From the NCBI GenBank assembly GCA_040755235.1, contig JBFMBJ010000002.1:1-46743 (forward strand): a DNA stretch of 46,743 nt. Reading direction: 5' to 3'. Position 1 is the stretch's first letter; every line of letters starts with the position of its first letter. Origin of the DNA: Candidatus Omnitrophota bacterium (GTDB lineage Bacteria; Omnitrophota; Gorgyraeia; Gygaellales; JBFMBJ01). Of the stretch, positions 28,260-36,220 are shown piece after piece. The notes below the pieces were generated by a model. It was given only the letters and a program-made list of their open reading frames with translations. It was not told the origin of the DNA and ran no database searches. Made by a program: the position numbers and the translations under genes.

Positions 28260-28376
28260 CTAAGTTACATTACCCCCTACAGCAATATCTAAGAGTTTAT
28301 ATTTTATAAGCTTGGGCTTTTCGTATTTCTCGGGGCTTTTTCTTACCTCCTTACAATTCTTCCTATCCTTTTTCAT
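28260..28376 (-). CDS. 38-aa candidate precursor peptide, absent from the ORF track
   Basis: My own translation of the minus strand: ATG at 28376, with a GGAGG SD (ccaGGAGGcataacATG) upstream. The product is MKKDRKNCKEVRKSPEKYEKPKLIKYKLLDIAVGGNVT, ending at a TAG at 28260-28262. It lies 41 nt upstream of the PqqD gene. Confidence 0.55.
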   Translation of the reverse strand: MKKDRKNCKEVRKSPEKYEKPKLIKYKLLDIAVGGNVT

Positions 28377-28394
28377 GTTATGCCTCCTGGTTAA

Positions 28395-28943
28395 TCAGGC
28401 GTCCCTAACCATCACTAACTGTGACGAAGGATACTCAACACCATCCACCTGAAATCTTTCTTTTTCATTAGTCGCCTTAAATCCGAGTTTTTCATATAAA
28501 CTTATAGCTGGCTTATTAGTTTCTAAAGCATCTAAAAATATCGCTAAATTTTCACTTTTAGCTAAAAAGATTGCTTTTCTTAGCAACCTCTCGCCTATGC
28601 CCTTAGAACGAAACTCTTTTAAGACTGCCACGCCCTTAACCTGCCAAGCCTTTAAATTCTGCTGTGTAGATTTTTTTAAAAGAATGATGCCGACAATTCT
28701 ATGGCTCTCCCTATGCCAAGCAACAAAACATATATCTGTATCGCTATTTATTGGAAAGTCTATCCTTTTATCTCTCTCTACTGGATTATCTTTAAAAAAT
28801 TCATTCCTAAATTCAGTTATAAAATCAAAATGCTTTTTTCTATCAGTTGGCTCTATAAGGCGCAAATCCACATAATAATAAGAAAAAATCAGCTTTCTTA
28901 TTTTTCGCAAGATTCTTGTATTATTCAAGATTCCCTTAAGCAT
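28395..28943 (-). CDS. GNAT N-acetyltransferase
   Basis: 182 aa. Motif A is VAVLKEFRSKGIGERLLRKAI. Confidence 0.8.
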   Translation of the reverse strand: MLKGILNNTRILRKIRKLIFSYYYVDLRLIEPTDRKKHFDFITEFRNEFFKDNPVERDKRIDFPINSDTDICFVAWHRESHRIVGIILLKKSTQQNLKAWQVKGVAVLKEFRSKGIGERLLRKAIFLAKSENLAIFLDALETNKPAISLYEKLGFKATNEKERFQVDGVEYPSSQLVMVRDA

Positions 28944-29976
28944 CTACTAAAGATTCCTCAAGTAGCTTGCCGTCTCTTCTTAATCCTGACTTTGTTAATT
29001 TGCAGAGCCATCGAGGCGAAGCTAAAAAATCACCCTGCTCCAGCCAAGCCAAACCCGGCTCCCAACAACAATAAGCGCTAAGAGGGCATTCTGAACACTT
29101 GAGATCTTTAAAATCAATCTCTCTTAAAACTTTTATTGCTTTTGAATTTAACCAAATATCTTCTAAGGAATTCTCTCTCAAATTGCCAAGCTTTATCCTT
29201 AAGTTGCAGTGGGCAAATACCTCAGCCTGCGCTGATATATAGCAATCCTTTCTACCCAATGAAAGAAAATGAAAATATTTATTAAGCCGGCTAACCCTGC
29301 TGACTTGCTCTTCTAATTTGAGCTCTCTGACTCTCTCTCTAATCTGTCTTTTTGTGACTCTATATTTTAACGGACCCCTAAACCCATCCCAGCGAGGAGT
29401 AATATAGTAATCCGGCTTTATTGGCCATGCTCGAGTTTTTGCTATTTCCTTTAATTCTCTTAATTCGTCAAAGTTTTGTCTGAAAACTAAAAAGGATATG
29501 GCAAATTCAACATTATTTGCTTCTAATGAACCTATTGACTTAATAGTTTTTTTAAAAGATCCTCGAACTCTTGTTATTGAATCGTGCGTGTCTTCTTTTG
29601 CGCCATATAGACTGATACGAATATTAACCGGATTAAATTCTATAATTCTCCGAGCCAAACTGTCTGTTATCAATGTTCCATTTGTTAATATGGTGACTGC
29701 AAATCCTAGACGGCAAGCAAATTCTAAAATATCTAATAAATCTTTCCTTAAGAAAACTTCACCTCCGGTAAAACCCACTGCCATAGCGCCTAATGCCTTT
29801 AGCTGTGTTAAGATTTCTTTTATTTCAATTAAACTTAACTCATTAGAGGTGTCTTTATTTTCAAAACAATGAAGACAGCTAAGGTTGCATCTATAGGTTA
29901 ATGCAATCTGGGCTTTCAAGAGTGCATTATTTTTTTTTAATTTACAAAGTAAGTCTAAATAAGTTTTCTCTTGCAT
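28936..29976 (-). CDS. Radical SAM/SPASM enzyme (paralogue set)
   Basis: 346 aa. The cluster motif is ALTYRCNLSCLHCF, followed by GFTGGEVFLR, and the C-terminus has CSECPLSAYCCW. Confidence 0.8.
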   Translation of the reverse strand: MQEKTYLDLLCKLKKNNALLKAQIALTYRCNLSCLHCFENKDTSNELSLIEIKEILTQLKALGAMAVGFTGGEVFLRKDLLDILEFACRLGFAVTILTNGTLITDSLARRIIEFNPVNIRISLYGAKEDTHDSITRVRGSFKKTIKSIGSLEANNVEFAISFLVFRQNFDELRELKEIAKTRAWPIKPDYYITPRWDGFRGPLKYRVTKRQIRERVRELKLEEQVSRVSRLNKYFHFLSLGRKDCYISAQAEVFAHCNLRIKLGNLRENSLEDIWLNSKAIKVLREIDFKDLKCSECPLSAYCCWEPGLAWLEQGDFLASPRWLCKLTKSGLRRDGKLLEESLVDA

Positions 29977-29988
29977 ATTAATTCGGCA

Positions 29989-31278
29989 TTAATTATTTAC
30001 AAAAGAATCAGAGCTATAGGCAGAGATATTGTAATATTTCCTTCTGTCAAAATCCTTATCCTTAACGCCTTCATAAAGAAAATCAAGAAATCTACCCATA
30101 AACTTATGCCTTTTAGCTTGAGCTAAACGATAAAGCGGTCTATTATCGATTTTTCTCTTTAGCGTGTCTAAGATAATTTTTTCTAATAGATTGCCAATCC
30201 TTTCAAAAGAAAAATTATTTTTTACATGCTTAATACAGTTATTAGACATAGTTAAGAGTTTCTTTCTATCTGCTAAAAGTTCTATTAGAAAACTTAACCC
30301 TTTTTGCCAGTCAAATGTTACGCCACTGTCAGTCAATATAGTGGGGATACGATACCCGGTTTTACCATGAATAACTGTATCTTTTAAACCACCCCAGTCT
30401 GTACAGATAACCGGTGTAGCACAGGCCATTGCCTCAACCTGGGCATAGCCAAAATTCTCTCCGTAATCAGTTGTTAAATTTATCAAAATATCTGCAGTTG
30501 AATATAAAAATGTGAGTTCTTCTCTCTTTAACTGGCCAGTGAATATTACCTTATCAGAAATACCGTAGTTTCTACATTTATGCTTAATAAATTCAAGATA
30601 ATCTTTATCCTGAACAAAACTGATCCCAGAATAAGGTTTATTATCTTCTCGCCCTGCGAGGCAAAGCCGGCTCTGCGGTACTATTTTTAAAAGCTCTTTA
30701 AATGTTTTAATTAGAAAATGTACATTTTTTGCAAAGCTGATTCTTCCGGCATAAAGTATAAGCGGGCTGCTTGCGGGGATATTAAATCTTTTTCTCATAA
30801 CCGCTTGCCCTGCATATCCTCTAGGTTTAAACATATTAGTATCCAAAGGCCAAGGTAAATAATAAGCCATATCCTTAAATATACCAGCGCATAAATTAGA
30901 CCAGATTTTAAGGTCTGAGTTAGATGAACAGAGGATAGAATTATTTCCCAAAAGCCGGTGATAAAACTTGGCAAAAAAATTATAGGGATTAGTCAAGTAT
31001 CCAAGCGCAAAAAATATTATTGGAGTTGAATTATTCGTATTTTTGAATATCTTACGGCCTGGTAATTCCAAGACTATATCGCAGCAAGAGATAAATCTAT
31101 TGAACAATACCTGTTGATTTCCTAAATTGTCTGAGCTATCAACATAAAAATATCTAGGACCAAATCTACGCTCTGCAATTTTTATTAGGTTTCTACAAAG
31201 CATTCTGCAGCTTATGCTCTTTAAGTCAGTTAAATTTCTATGGGTAATTATTCCCAATTTTATCTTTTTAATGGTCAT
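29989..31278 (-). CDS. GT4-like glycosyltransferase
   Basis: 429 aa. The EX7E region is GENFGYAQVEAMACATPVICTDWGGLKDTVIHGKTGY. Confidence 0.75.
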   Translation of the reverse strand: MTIKKIKLGIITHRNLTDLKSISCRMLCRNLIKIAERRFGPRYFYVDSSDNLGNQQVLFNRFISCCDIVLELPGRKIFKNTNNSTPIIFFALGYLTNPYNFFAKFYHRLLGNNSILCSSNSDLKIWSNLCAGIFKDMAYYLPWPLDTNMFKPRGYAGQAVMRKRFNIPASSPLILYAGRISFAKNVHFLIKTFKELLKIVPQSRLCLAGREDNKPYSGISFVQDKDYLEFIKHKCRNYGISDKVIFTGQLKREELTFLYSTADILINLTTDYGENFGYAQVEAMACATPVICTDWGGLKDTVIHGKTGYRIPTILTDSGVTFDWQKGLSFLIELLADRKKLLTMSNNCIKHVKNNFSFERIGNLLEKIILDTLKRKIDNRPLYRLAQAKRHKFMGRFLDFLYEGVKDKDFDRRKYYNISAYSSDSFVNN

Positions 31279-31280
31279 AC

Positions 31281-32621
31281 CTAATTATACAAGATAAGAA
31301 CCTTAAACTCGGTTGGGTCAAAGCCATCTATATTTCTTCTCGCGCTTACAAATTGTAAATTTTTGACTCGGGCTAGGAGTGAGCCTAACTCTTTTTTAAG
31401 TAACTTTTTAGTATATAATTCTTTTTTATTTTTTTTCCCTTTTGAGCTTAGAAATTTTTTCAAGAGAATCTTACTTGTTAGAGAAAGTAAAGGAATATCA
31501 CGGATTTTAAGAAAATTTGATAAGTCCAATACTTCTACCTTAAAACCAATTCTCTGGGAAATTGATTTGATAATACTGAAATCTATTGAATATTCAAGGT
31601 GGCCTTCTAACCTAACTATTCTCGTCCTATAATCAAAACTCCCATATTCAACTAAAACCGCTAAACCATTTTTTCTTAAGATTCTTCTTATCTCTTCCAA
31701 AAAACTAACTATGCCTAAAGGAAAGATAAAATTAGTAAATTTAGCGACTGGGAAATCAGCAATGCATTCATTGGCAATAATAATATCTAAACTATTTGAC
31801 TGAAACGGCAGACGAATAGCATTTGCCTGAACAAAGTTTAAGCAGCTATAAAAACGCTTATTTAATTTTTGCTGGGCGTTCAATAATTTAGCTGATAAAT
31901 CCAAAAGAATATAAGAAAAAGATGATTTTTTAAATCTTTTTTTCATATTTCTTATTGCGTTAAAAGCCAAGTAGCCCAAACCGCCTCCTATCTCTGCAAT
32001 TTTTATTCCATTAAAAAATCTTTTTCTCGCCAAGATGGCTTTAATAAATCTTTCACCATATGAGATATTGCCAAGAACTATTGTTTTTTCTCTTAAAAGA
32101 TGAGAAAAGGTCTTTTCTTCTTTTTCAAACTGCTTATCTGGCTCCTTGATAGCGTGTTTATGATAATTATAACTGTCATAGATATTCTTCGTCTCTAAAA
32201 GCGCCTTTTTCTCCCTGAAAATATTGGCTGCGATATGCATTAATTTTGACTCATTTCTAACCTTTGAGTTTAAACTAGAAAAAGGTGCATCTAAGAGCTC
32301 AATTAACTGAACCTGTTTAGAATTCCATTTTCTCAAAGTTTTTAAAAAAATATTTTTAAGAACGCCTTTTTTATCAAAACCCTTCGAAATCTTCTCAAAT
32401 ATCTCATTAGAATTCAAATTCCCTGTTAAACTTTTCCAGATATCAACCTCAACGCCTTTAAGTCTATGGTTCGCTACATTTAGTCTCTTTCCATTTCTTT
32501 TAAAATAATAAATTTTTGGCTGGCTATCTTCATGTATATGAAGGTGAGGCTGGCAAGATTTCGGATACGCCTTATTTATATTTGGTTTCCTTGTACTTGG
32601 TTTTAGGGTTAAATCTTTCAT
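31281..32621 (-). CDS. SAM-dependent methyltransferase with an N-terminal extension of ~110 aa
   Basis: 446 aa. Motif I is IAEIGGGLGYLAFN, followed by LLDLS. The N-terminal region (YYFKRNGKRLNVANHRLKGVEVDIWKSLTGNLNSNEIFEKISKGF) looks PqqD/RRE-like by eye. Confidence 0.65.
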   Translation of the reverse strand: MKDLTLKPSTRKPNINKAYPKSCQPHLHIHEDSQPKIYYFKRNGKRLNVANHRLKGVEVDIWKSLTGNLNSNEIFEKISKGFDKKGVLKNIFLKTLRKWNSKQVQLIELLDAPFSSLNSKVRNESKLMHIAANIFREKKALLETKNIYDSYNYHKHAIKEPDKQFEKEEKTFSHLLREKTIVLGNISYGERFIKAILARKRFFNGIKIAEIGGGLGYLAFNAIRNMKKRFKKSSFSYILLDLSAKLLNAQQKLNKRFYSCLNFVQANAIRLPFQSNSLDIIIANECIADFPVAKFTNFIFPLGIVSFLEEIRRILRKNGLAVLVEYGSFDYRTRIVRLEGHLEYSIDFSIIKSISQRIGFKVEVLDLSNFLKIRDIPLLSLTSKILLKKFLSSKGKKNKKELYTKKLLKKELGSLLARVKNLQFVSARRNIDGFDPTEFKVLILYN

Positions 32622-32627
32622 TTAATA

Positions 32628-33632
32628 TTACTGACTAATACTTTGAAACTTTAAATACTTTTCTTCGGCAAAACTTTTACAAACCGGATCGCAACTTGTA
32701 AATGTCTTATTAAAAGCCCAACTCCTTGCCGGGCACCACGGACAAAATTGCCTCAGATGACAAGAATTGCATTTAAAATTTTTATCTGGTTTTAAATCCT
32801 GGATTATTTTCTTAAGTCTTTGCCAACAGCGGGCTAATGAAGTTTCTAAAATATCGAAATGAGGATAATCTATGTGTAGACACATCTTAAGAGTGCCAAA
32901 GGGGCTAATAATTAAACTATTAGTTCCTACGCCGCAGGAAAATAATCTACCATTATGCCTGCTTGTTAAAGGAGAAACAGAATTATGCTCCTTAAGACCA
33001 TCAAAAGATGTACCAGATAAAGAAGGCATAAGCAAATTGCAAATTCTCAAATTGCCTCCATAGTCAGCAGAAAATTTTTTTAATGAATTAATTTCGCCTT
33101 TGTTTTCATTTAAGTAACAAGTCTTAAAATCGAGATGGATTTTGTTTTTGCGTAAGTACTCAATAGCAGAAAAAGTTTTATTGAAAAACCCCCTCGCCCC
33201 GGTAATATGGTCAAAATTAGTTTTACTTAAAGAATTAATATTAACATCCAGACGGCTTGGCACAATCCTACCTAATTCCCGAGCTTTTTTTCTATCAACC
33301 AACGAGGCATTAGTATGTATGGAAATATTAAACCCTTTTCTTTTCGCATACCATAATATGTCAAAAATATCCTTTCTTAAGAAAACTTCTCCACCTGTAA
33401 AGCCCAAGTAAAAACAGCCCAAGTCCGACAATTCATCAAGAATAAAAAATATCTTTTTTGCATTTAATTGCCTCTGGGAAGATTCCTCTCTGTACTGCGC
33501 TGGCACATAGCAATAAACGCAATTAAAATTACATTCGTAGGTAAGTTCAAACATCGCCTGTAAAGGAAATTGCTTAACCTTAGCAGAATCCGCTAAACGC
33601 TCTCGAAAGATGTTATAGTGTTGAGACCGCAT
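32628..33632 (-). CDS. Radical SAM/SPASM enzyme (paralogue set)
   Basis: 334 aa. The cluster motif is ELTYECNFNCVYCY, followed by GFTGGEVFLR, then CGVG...GTLKMCL...CNSCHLRQFCPWCPA. Confidence 0.85.
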   Translation of the reverse strand: MRSQHYNIFRERLADSAKVKQFPLQAMFELTYECNFNCVYCYVPAQYREESSQRQLNAKKIFFILDELSDLGCFYLGFTGGEVFLRKDIFDILWYAKRKGFNISIHTNASLVDRKKARELGRIVPSRLDVNINSLSKTNFDHITGARGFFNKTFSAIEYLRKNKIHLDFKTCYLNENKGEINSLKKFSADYGGNLRICNLLMPSLSGTSFDGLKEHNSVSPLTSRHNGRLFSCGVGTNSLIISPFGTLKMCLHIDYPHFDILETSLARCWQRLKKIIQDLKPDKNFKCNSCHLRQFCPWCPARSWAFNKTFTSCDPVCKSFAEEKYLKFQSISQ

Positions 33633-33665
33633 AGTACATTGCTAAATTGTTACATTGCTTCATTG

Positions 33666-34043
33666 TTATATTGATAACCTATCATTAGTAAATTTAATTA
33701 GGGAATTAATTTCTTTTGGCAATTTTTGTAATTCTCCAGATATATATTTATACTCGCCCTCTTTTAATAGGCCCCTTATCTTTGCTTTATTTGCCCAATC
33801 AAAAGATTCATCAAGTGAGCCATAACTATAACGATAAAAATTGACCTTATCCTTTTTAAAATATCTTCCAAATCCTTCAGCGATATTAGAAGATATAGAA
33901 TCCACTGCCCTTACCAACTGCCTGCCAACAGTATCCTTTGCAAAATAATCCCATTTAATCACAACATCCCAAACGTAATTGGACAAATTAAAAGCAATTT
34001 TATAAGCACTAATATCATTTAATTCTAAATATCTTTTTGTCAT
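33666..34043 (-). CDS. Four-helix-bundle protein of the 23S rRNA intervening-sequence protein family
   Basis: 125 aa. AEGFGRYFKKDKVNFYRYSYGSLDES matches the family's EG.gR...f..fl..a.GS..E signature. Confidence 0.75.
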   Translation of the reverse strand: MTKRYLELNDISAYKIAFNLSNYVWDVVIKWDYFAKDTVGRQLVRAVDSISSNIAEGFGRYFKKDKVNFYRYSYGSLDESFDWANKAKIRGLLKEGEYKYISGELQKLPKEINSLIKFTNDRLSI

Positions 34044-34045
34044 AG

Positions 34046-34096
34046 TAATTTAACGGTTTATTTTAGCAATTTAACAGTTTGACAATTTAACAGTTT
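34046..34096. repeat. Three direct copies of (T/C)AATTTAAC(G/A)GTT(T)
   Basis: TAATTTAACGGTT lies at 34046-34058. CAATTTAACAGTTT lies at 34068-34081 and again at 34083-34096. The third copy overlaps the stop of the rSAM gene at 34087. Confidence 0.7.
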
Positions 34097-35163
34097 AACT
34101 TTGCTCTTTCCTGTGACATTGCCTTGGCAAACTGGCAAAAATATGGCGTGGGAGATTCTTCATTGCCAGTTTCTAAAAATGCTATTGCCGGGCAATTAAT
34201 GCAGTTCGACCTCAAAGAGCATTTCCTGCACTCAGATTTAGTTCTAAAATGTTGCTTTAGAACCTGTGGCAGTATTTCATAAAAGCCCTCTTTAAAACTC
34301 GTTGTCCTTAAATCAACGCTGAATTTATCCGAGAGCATGCAGAATTTAAGCCTGCCAAATGGGTCAATAATAAATTCTTCCATCCAGCTATTACATTGAT
34401 AGAGAAAGCCTCTTCCTCTCTTTAAACTACTTAAACTGCTGTGTAAATTTCTTTTATATTCCTGCCATATATCCAAATCTTCTTTAGCAAGGTCTGTTAA
34501 TTCTCTGAAGGAAAGCCTTAAATTACTTAACGCATTATCAAGGTTTAACCTGGGATAAAGTATCGGGTCGTATTTGAAATAATACTTATCTTTTCCTTTT
34601 CCTAAAAACTTTTCAGTAAATTCCTTTATTTTTACAATCTCATTTTTATTCTGTTTAAGCGCATTTGCCTTTAAAATGAGAGGCAATTTTCTTTCTTTTA
34701 TTTTTTTAATATTTTCCAGGGTTTTCGCAAATGAGCCGCTTACTTGGGTAACTGCCTCATATGTTGCCTGCGTAATAGCGTTTAGGGTAATCTCGATAGA
34801 AAACGGTGGGAATTTCTCAAGATAATCTAAAATTTCATCTGTGAATAAAAGGCCATTACTAAATATGGTTATAATAAAACCTTTCTTCTTAACATAGGAA
34901 TAAATTTCCAAAAAATCATTCCTTATTAATGGCTCGCCTCCGCTAAATACAAGCGAGAGGCAGCCTTCTTTAGAGAGCTGGTTAAAGATATTTCTAAATT
35001 CTTCAGATGATAATTCTTTCCCTTTCTCTTCGCAGCCTTTGCAATAACAATGTATACAATTTAGATTACATCTATAGGTAAGCTCAATATGGCCTTTCCA
35101 GGGATACTGGTCTTTTTTTCTAAACAGACTTGTAAAAAAATGCGCTGAGCTATGCGTTTTCAT
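34087..35163 (-). CDS. Radical SAM/SPASM enzyme (paralogue set)
   Basis: 358 aa. The cluster motif is ELTYRCNLNCIHCY, followed by VFSGGEPLIR, then CNSW...GRLKFCM...CRKCSLRSNCINCPA. Confidence 0.85.
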   Translation of the reverse strand: MKTHSSAHFFTSLFRKKDQYPWKGHIELTYRCNLNCIHCYCKGCEEKGKELSSEEFRNIFNQLSKEGCLSLVFSGGEPLIRNDFLEIYSYVKKKGFIITIFSNGLLFTDEILDYLEKFPPFSIEITLNAITQATYEAVTQVSGSFAKTLENIKKIKERKLPLILKANALKQNKNEIVKIKEFTEKFLGKGKDKYYFKYDPILYPRLNLDNALSNLRLSFRELTDLAKEDLDIWQEYKRNLHSSLSSLKRGRGFLYQCNSWMEEFIIDPFGRLKFCMLSDKFSVDLRTTSFKEGFYEILPQVLKQHFRTKSECRKCSLRSNCINCPAIAFLETGNEESPTPYFCQFAKAMSQERAKLNC

Positions 35164-35179
35164 CTTTTCAATTAACTGT

Positions 35180-35374
35180 TTAAGAAGAAGGGGTGTTGGG
35201 AGTTTTGGAACATGAAAATGACAGGTCGCCTTTACTTGTTCCGCAATAACTATAACTCTTCCTGCCAGTTAAAGTTCCGTATCCTGTCGTAATACAATTA
35301 CAAGTTATAACTGCCTGCTCAGGGTTGAGTTTTATGCGGGTGATTTCAGGTTCAAATTTTGGCTTTGTTGGCAT
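35180..35374 (-). CDS. Candidate RiPP precursor peptide A2 (64 aa)
   Basis: MPTKPKFEPEITRIKLNPEQAVITCNCITTGYGTLTGRKSYSYCGTSKGDLSFSCSKTPNTPSS. An AGGAGG SD lies 6 nt upstream. It is a paralogue of 36006-36200 and is flanked by maturase-type genes. Confidence 0.8.
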   Translation of the reverse strand: MPTKPKFEPEITRIKLNPEQAVITCNCITTGYGTLTGRKSYSYCGTSKGDLSFSCSKTPNTPSS

Positions 35375-35388
35375 TTGACACCTCCTAT
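35273..35388. repeat. ~116-nt near-identical repeat, copy 1, covering the leader-coding part and SD of precursor A2
   Basis: It aligns to 36099-36214 at a constant offset of 826 nt, with about 4 mismatches by eye. Confidence 0.85.
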
Positions 35389-35390
35389 GT

Positions 35391-35972
35391 CTAATTACCG
35401 AACTCTTTTAAGGCTAAATTTTTTGTTACCAAGTCATAAGTAATGACTCTCTGATATCTACTACAGTTATTATTACTAAAGTTGTTTTTTAATGAATTTA
35501 TATTTAAAAAAGGATATTTTTTAATTTCGTTTATTTGTCCGAGAATTAAATTATTTACTACGGTATTATTAATTAGATTATCGTTTGTATATAAATTCAA
35601 CAGTTCAATATCATAAATAGCTGCATCAGCAATAATCGTATGTCCTTGTTTAAGTATTGTTTTCCTTGTATCATTAATAGCGCTTTCTAATTTTTTAAGA
35701 GTACTCTCGTCAGTTACCTGGCCAAAAAAAACATTCGACACATCGCCGGTAAAAAACTCTGAAAAACAGGTTCCCTCAATACAATAAGAAACTATCTTTT
35801 GCCTGCCATCTTTAACTCTTTCTGCTATGAAAAAATTTGAATCCCTTATTTGTATGCCTCCTATATATAAACGAATCTTGTCCCTTTTTTGGTCACACCC
35901 TTCTGAAAATAAGTAAGCAGCATTAAATAAAAAAATAACACTTATTATCCCTATCCACATTTTCTTGTTCAT
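35391..35972 (-). CDS. Secreted or membrane-anchored protein of unknown function
   Basis: 193 aa. The N-terminal hydrophobic segment is MNKKMWIGIISVIFLFNAAYLF. An AAGGAG SD is present. I recognise no motif in it. Confidence 0.6.
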   Translation of the reverse strand: MNKKMWIGIISVIFLFNAAYLFSEGCDQKRDKIRLYIGGIQIRDSNFFIAERVKDGRQKIVSYCIEGTCFSEFFTGDVSNVFFGQVTDESTLKKLESAINDTRKTILKQGHTIIADAAIYDIELLNLYTNDNLINNTVVNNLILGQINEIKKYPFLNINSLKNNFSNNNCSRYQRVITYDLVTKNLALKEFGN

Positions 35973-35994
35973 ATTTCACTCCTTTTCCTAATCT

Positions 35995-36012
35995 GTCTTA
36001 ATGACTTAAGAC
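35995..36012 (-). other. 7-bp stem / 4-nt loop hairpin overlapping the stop codon of precursor A1
   Basis: GTCTTAA-TGAC-TTAAGAC on the plus strand; the stems are exact reverse complements. The stem is A/T-rich, so stability is modest. Confidence 0.4.
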
Positions 36013-36200
36013 GATGCTGTGGCAGCAACTTTCGAACATGTAAATGACAGGTCGCCTTTAGCTGTCTGACAAAGTGTATAAGATCTGCTAAGGGTATAAG
36101 TTCCATAGCCTGTCGTAATACAATTACAAGTTATGACTGCCTGCTCAGGGTTGAGTTTTATGCGGGTGATTTCAGGTTCAAATTTTGGCTTTGTTGGCAT
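36006..36200 (-). CDS. Candidate RiPP precursor peptide A1 (64 aa)
   Basis: MPTKPKFEPEITRIKLNPEQAVITCNCITTGYGTYTLSRSYTLCQTAKGDLSFTCSKVAATASS. I moved the start from 36221 to the ATG at 36200. The reasons are a GGGGGTG SD 6 nt upstream and a start and length identical to paralogue A2. Confidence 0.8.
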   Translation of the reverse strand: MPTKPKFEPEITRIKLNPEQAVITCNCITTGYGTYTLSRSYTLCQTAKGDLSFTCSKVAATASS

Positions 36201-36214
36201 TTGACACCCCCTAT
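36099..36214. repeat. ~116-nt near-identical repeat, copy 2, covering the leader-coding part and SD of precursor A1
   Basis: See copy 1 at 35273-35388. Confidence 0.85.
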
Positions 36215-36220
36215 TTAGCA

